Origin: Chrysomallon squamiferum
Taxonomy: Eukaryota > Animalia > Mollusca
NCBI GenBank assembly: GCA_012295275.1
Contig: CM022670.1
Span: 62,001-126,000, forward strand
Reading direction: 5' to 3'
DNA length: 64,000 bases
Shown here: positions 62,501 through 64,000 of the stretch, piece after piece
How positions within the stretch are numbered: position 1 is the first letter of the stretch
Layout: each line of letters begins with the position of its first letter
Translations under genes and position numbers: made by a program
Notes under the pieces: model-generated
What the model saw: only the letters and a program-made list of their open reading frames with translations
The model's database searches: none
What the model was told of the DNA's origin: nothing

Positions 62501-63449
62501 TCTGCAAGTGATTATTAAAAAAAAAAATTCAAAATGAAAATGTTTAGCTATTGTTACAAAATAGCATTGACATTTAATAATAATAATAACTTCTACAACA
62601 ATAACTTAAATTTGGCACACTTATAATGAACAGACATTAATTTGTTTTGCTGTCAGCTGCTGATTGAATATCTCCCAAATGAAAAAACACTCTTTTCTTT
62701 CAGACCAAAATAGAATTTTATTCTGGTCTTAGTCACCAACTAAATTTGTTTAAATTTGTTATGTAAAAAGAAATACAGTGCAAATTATTTTTTAAAATAA
62801 GATTAAAATGAAGCAAGATTTTTAAAAAATGCCTGAATATAATTATATTCCTAATTTTTGATTTGACATTCAAATCAACATAAACAATGAAGTCTTGTTT
62901 CCATTCCAGTAAAAATGGACTAAAATAACCTGAAGCCATGTCATTTGAAAGTAACATATTTCAGCTATCCATTAGAACTAATAATAAATAATCTATAGGG
63001 TTTGAAAGGAAAATATTAAATTTGTAAATAAATATATGTGCATATAATTATACAAATAAAGTTTTATGCAAAAAAAAAAATATATATATACAGATGTATA
63101 GATATAAACACAAACAGAAATTAGATTTAAAAGCTTTTGATTTCAAATAAAATGTCCTTTAACTATTTTTCTTTTAGTAGACAGAAAATGTATTAATACT
63201 GAAATAAGAGTGACTGTTTTTATTAAGGGGGAGTTCACGTAATTCTTTTATTTTTATTATTATTATTACTAATGACAGCACTTTCTTACAGAATTATAGG
63301 AGAAAACATTAAAAGAAGAAATGAGGTGACAACAGATAATCAGTCACAACAAACAATTCATATGTGACTCAATCACAGGACAATTGAAACTGTTTTTGAG
63401 ATTTTTATCAACATACAGTTAAGAATATAACAGAAAACGTGCAACATTA

Positions 63450-63628
63450 AGTCTAGGGAGTGACGATGCTGCTGTCAACCAGGATGGACCAGTCACATGT
63501 TGGTGAAGCACTCGGCAATGTTGGCCTGCGCTTGTTCACACACTAAGATGACTTTGAACATAAACAAAGCCATGGCCCCCGACAACAGTCACTGCAGCAA
63601 ACTGTCCAGATCAGCTGTGTTTCTTTTC
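63450..63628 (-). other. Possible terminal exon of a minus-strand gene starting beyond the right edge
   Basis: GC-richer island after a TTTCAG| acceptor at 63629; all three frames close quickly (EKKHS*, KRNTADLDSLLQ*, or KETQLIWTVCCSDCCRGPWLCLCSKSS*), so the frame is undetermined. Confidence 0.4.
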
Positions 63629-64000
63629 CTGAAATTACAAGATTTTAAAATTTAAAAAAAATCAATAAAAAAAATCTGTATACATATATATATAGATAGA
63701 TAGAGATATATAGATATATATCATTATTTTTTTTTTTAGTAAATATGTTTCTCTTTCCACTAAAAAATATTTTGAAATGGAAAGAGATATATCTCTATCA
63801 AAAAACTATTTTTTTCTTCTTGGAGATATATCTTAGTCAAACAACACACATAAACACAAACATATATGCTAACAGTTATAGACTTAAAATCAAAAAACTT
63901 TTTGTAAATGAAATTTAAAAACAAAAATTTTAAGATCAAGTTTCTTCTTTTCCACAAATCTATCTACTAGGAATGAAACAAATCTCTAACAGTGTTTACT

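Overview
AT-rich, microsatellite-dense, intron-containing animal genomic DNA, probably a mollusc (inferred from repeat content and protein divergence, not proven). I assembled four complete multi-exon genes by hand: INPP4 with an N-terminal PH domain (-, 7130-26333, 24 coding exons, ~1007 aa), Rab escort protein CHM/REP (+, 27612-37338, head-to-head with INPP4), lipoyl synthase LIAS (-, 39158-46795) and TRMT9B-like tRNA methyltransferase (+, 53797-59534). Edge exons of other genes and a possible small spliced gene lie at the window ends. Mobile DNA includes two decayed copies of one hAT transposase, a Tigger/pogo derivative, a TA-flanked MITE, a foldback MITE, a MULE/FLYWCH derivative and a decayed SINE. 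The two most notable observations are (1) an intact, intronless 220-aa ORF (basic helical domain plus Asp/Ser-rich tail) nested on the same strand inside REP intron 11, and (2) a pair of 103-nt, same-phase, apparently mutually exclusive exons in INPP4. No database searches were run; family assignments rest on recognised motifs.
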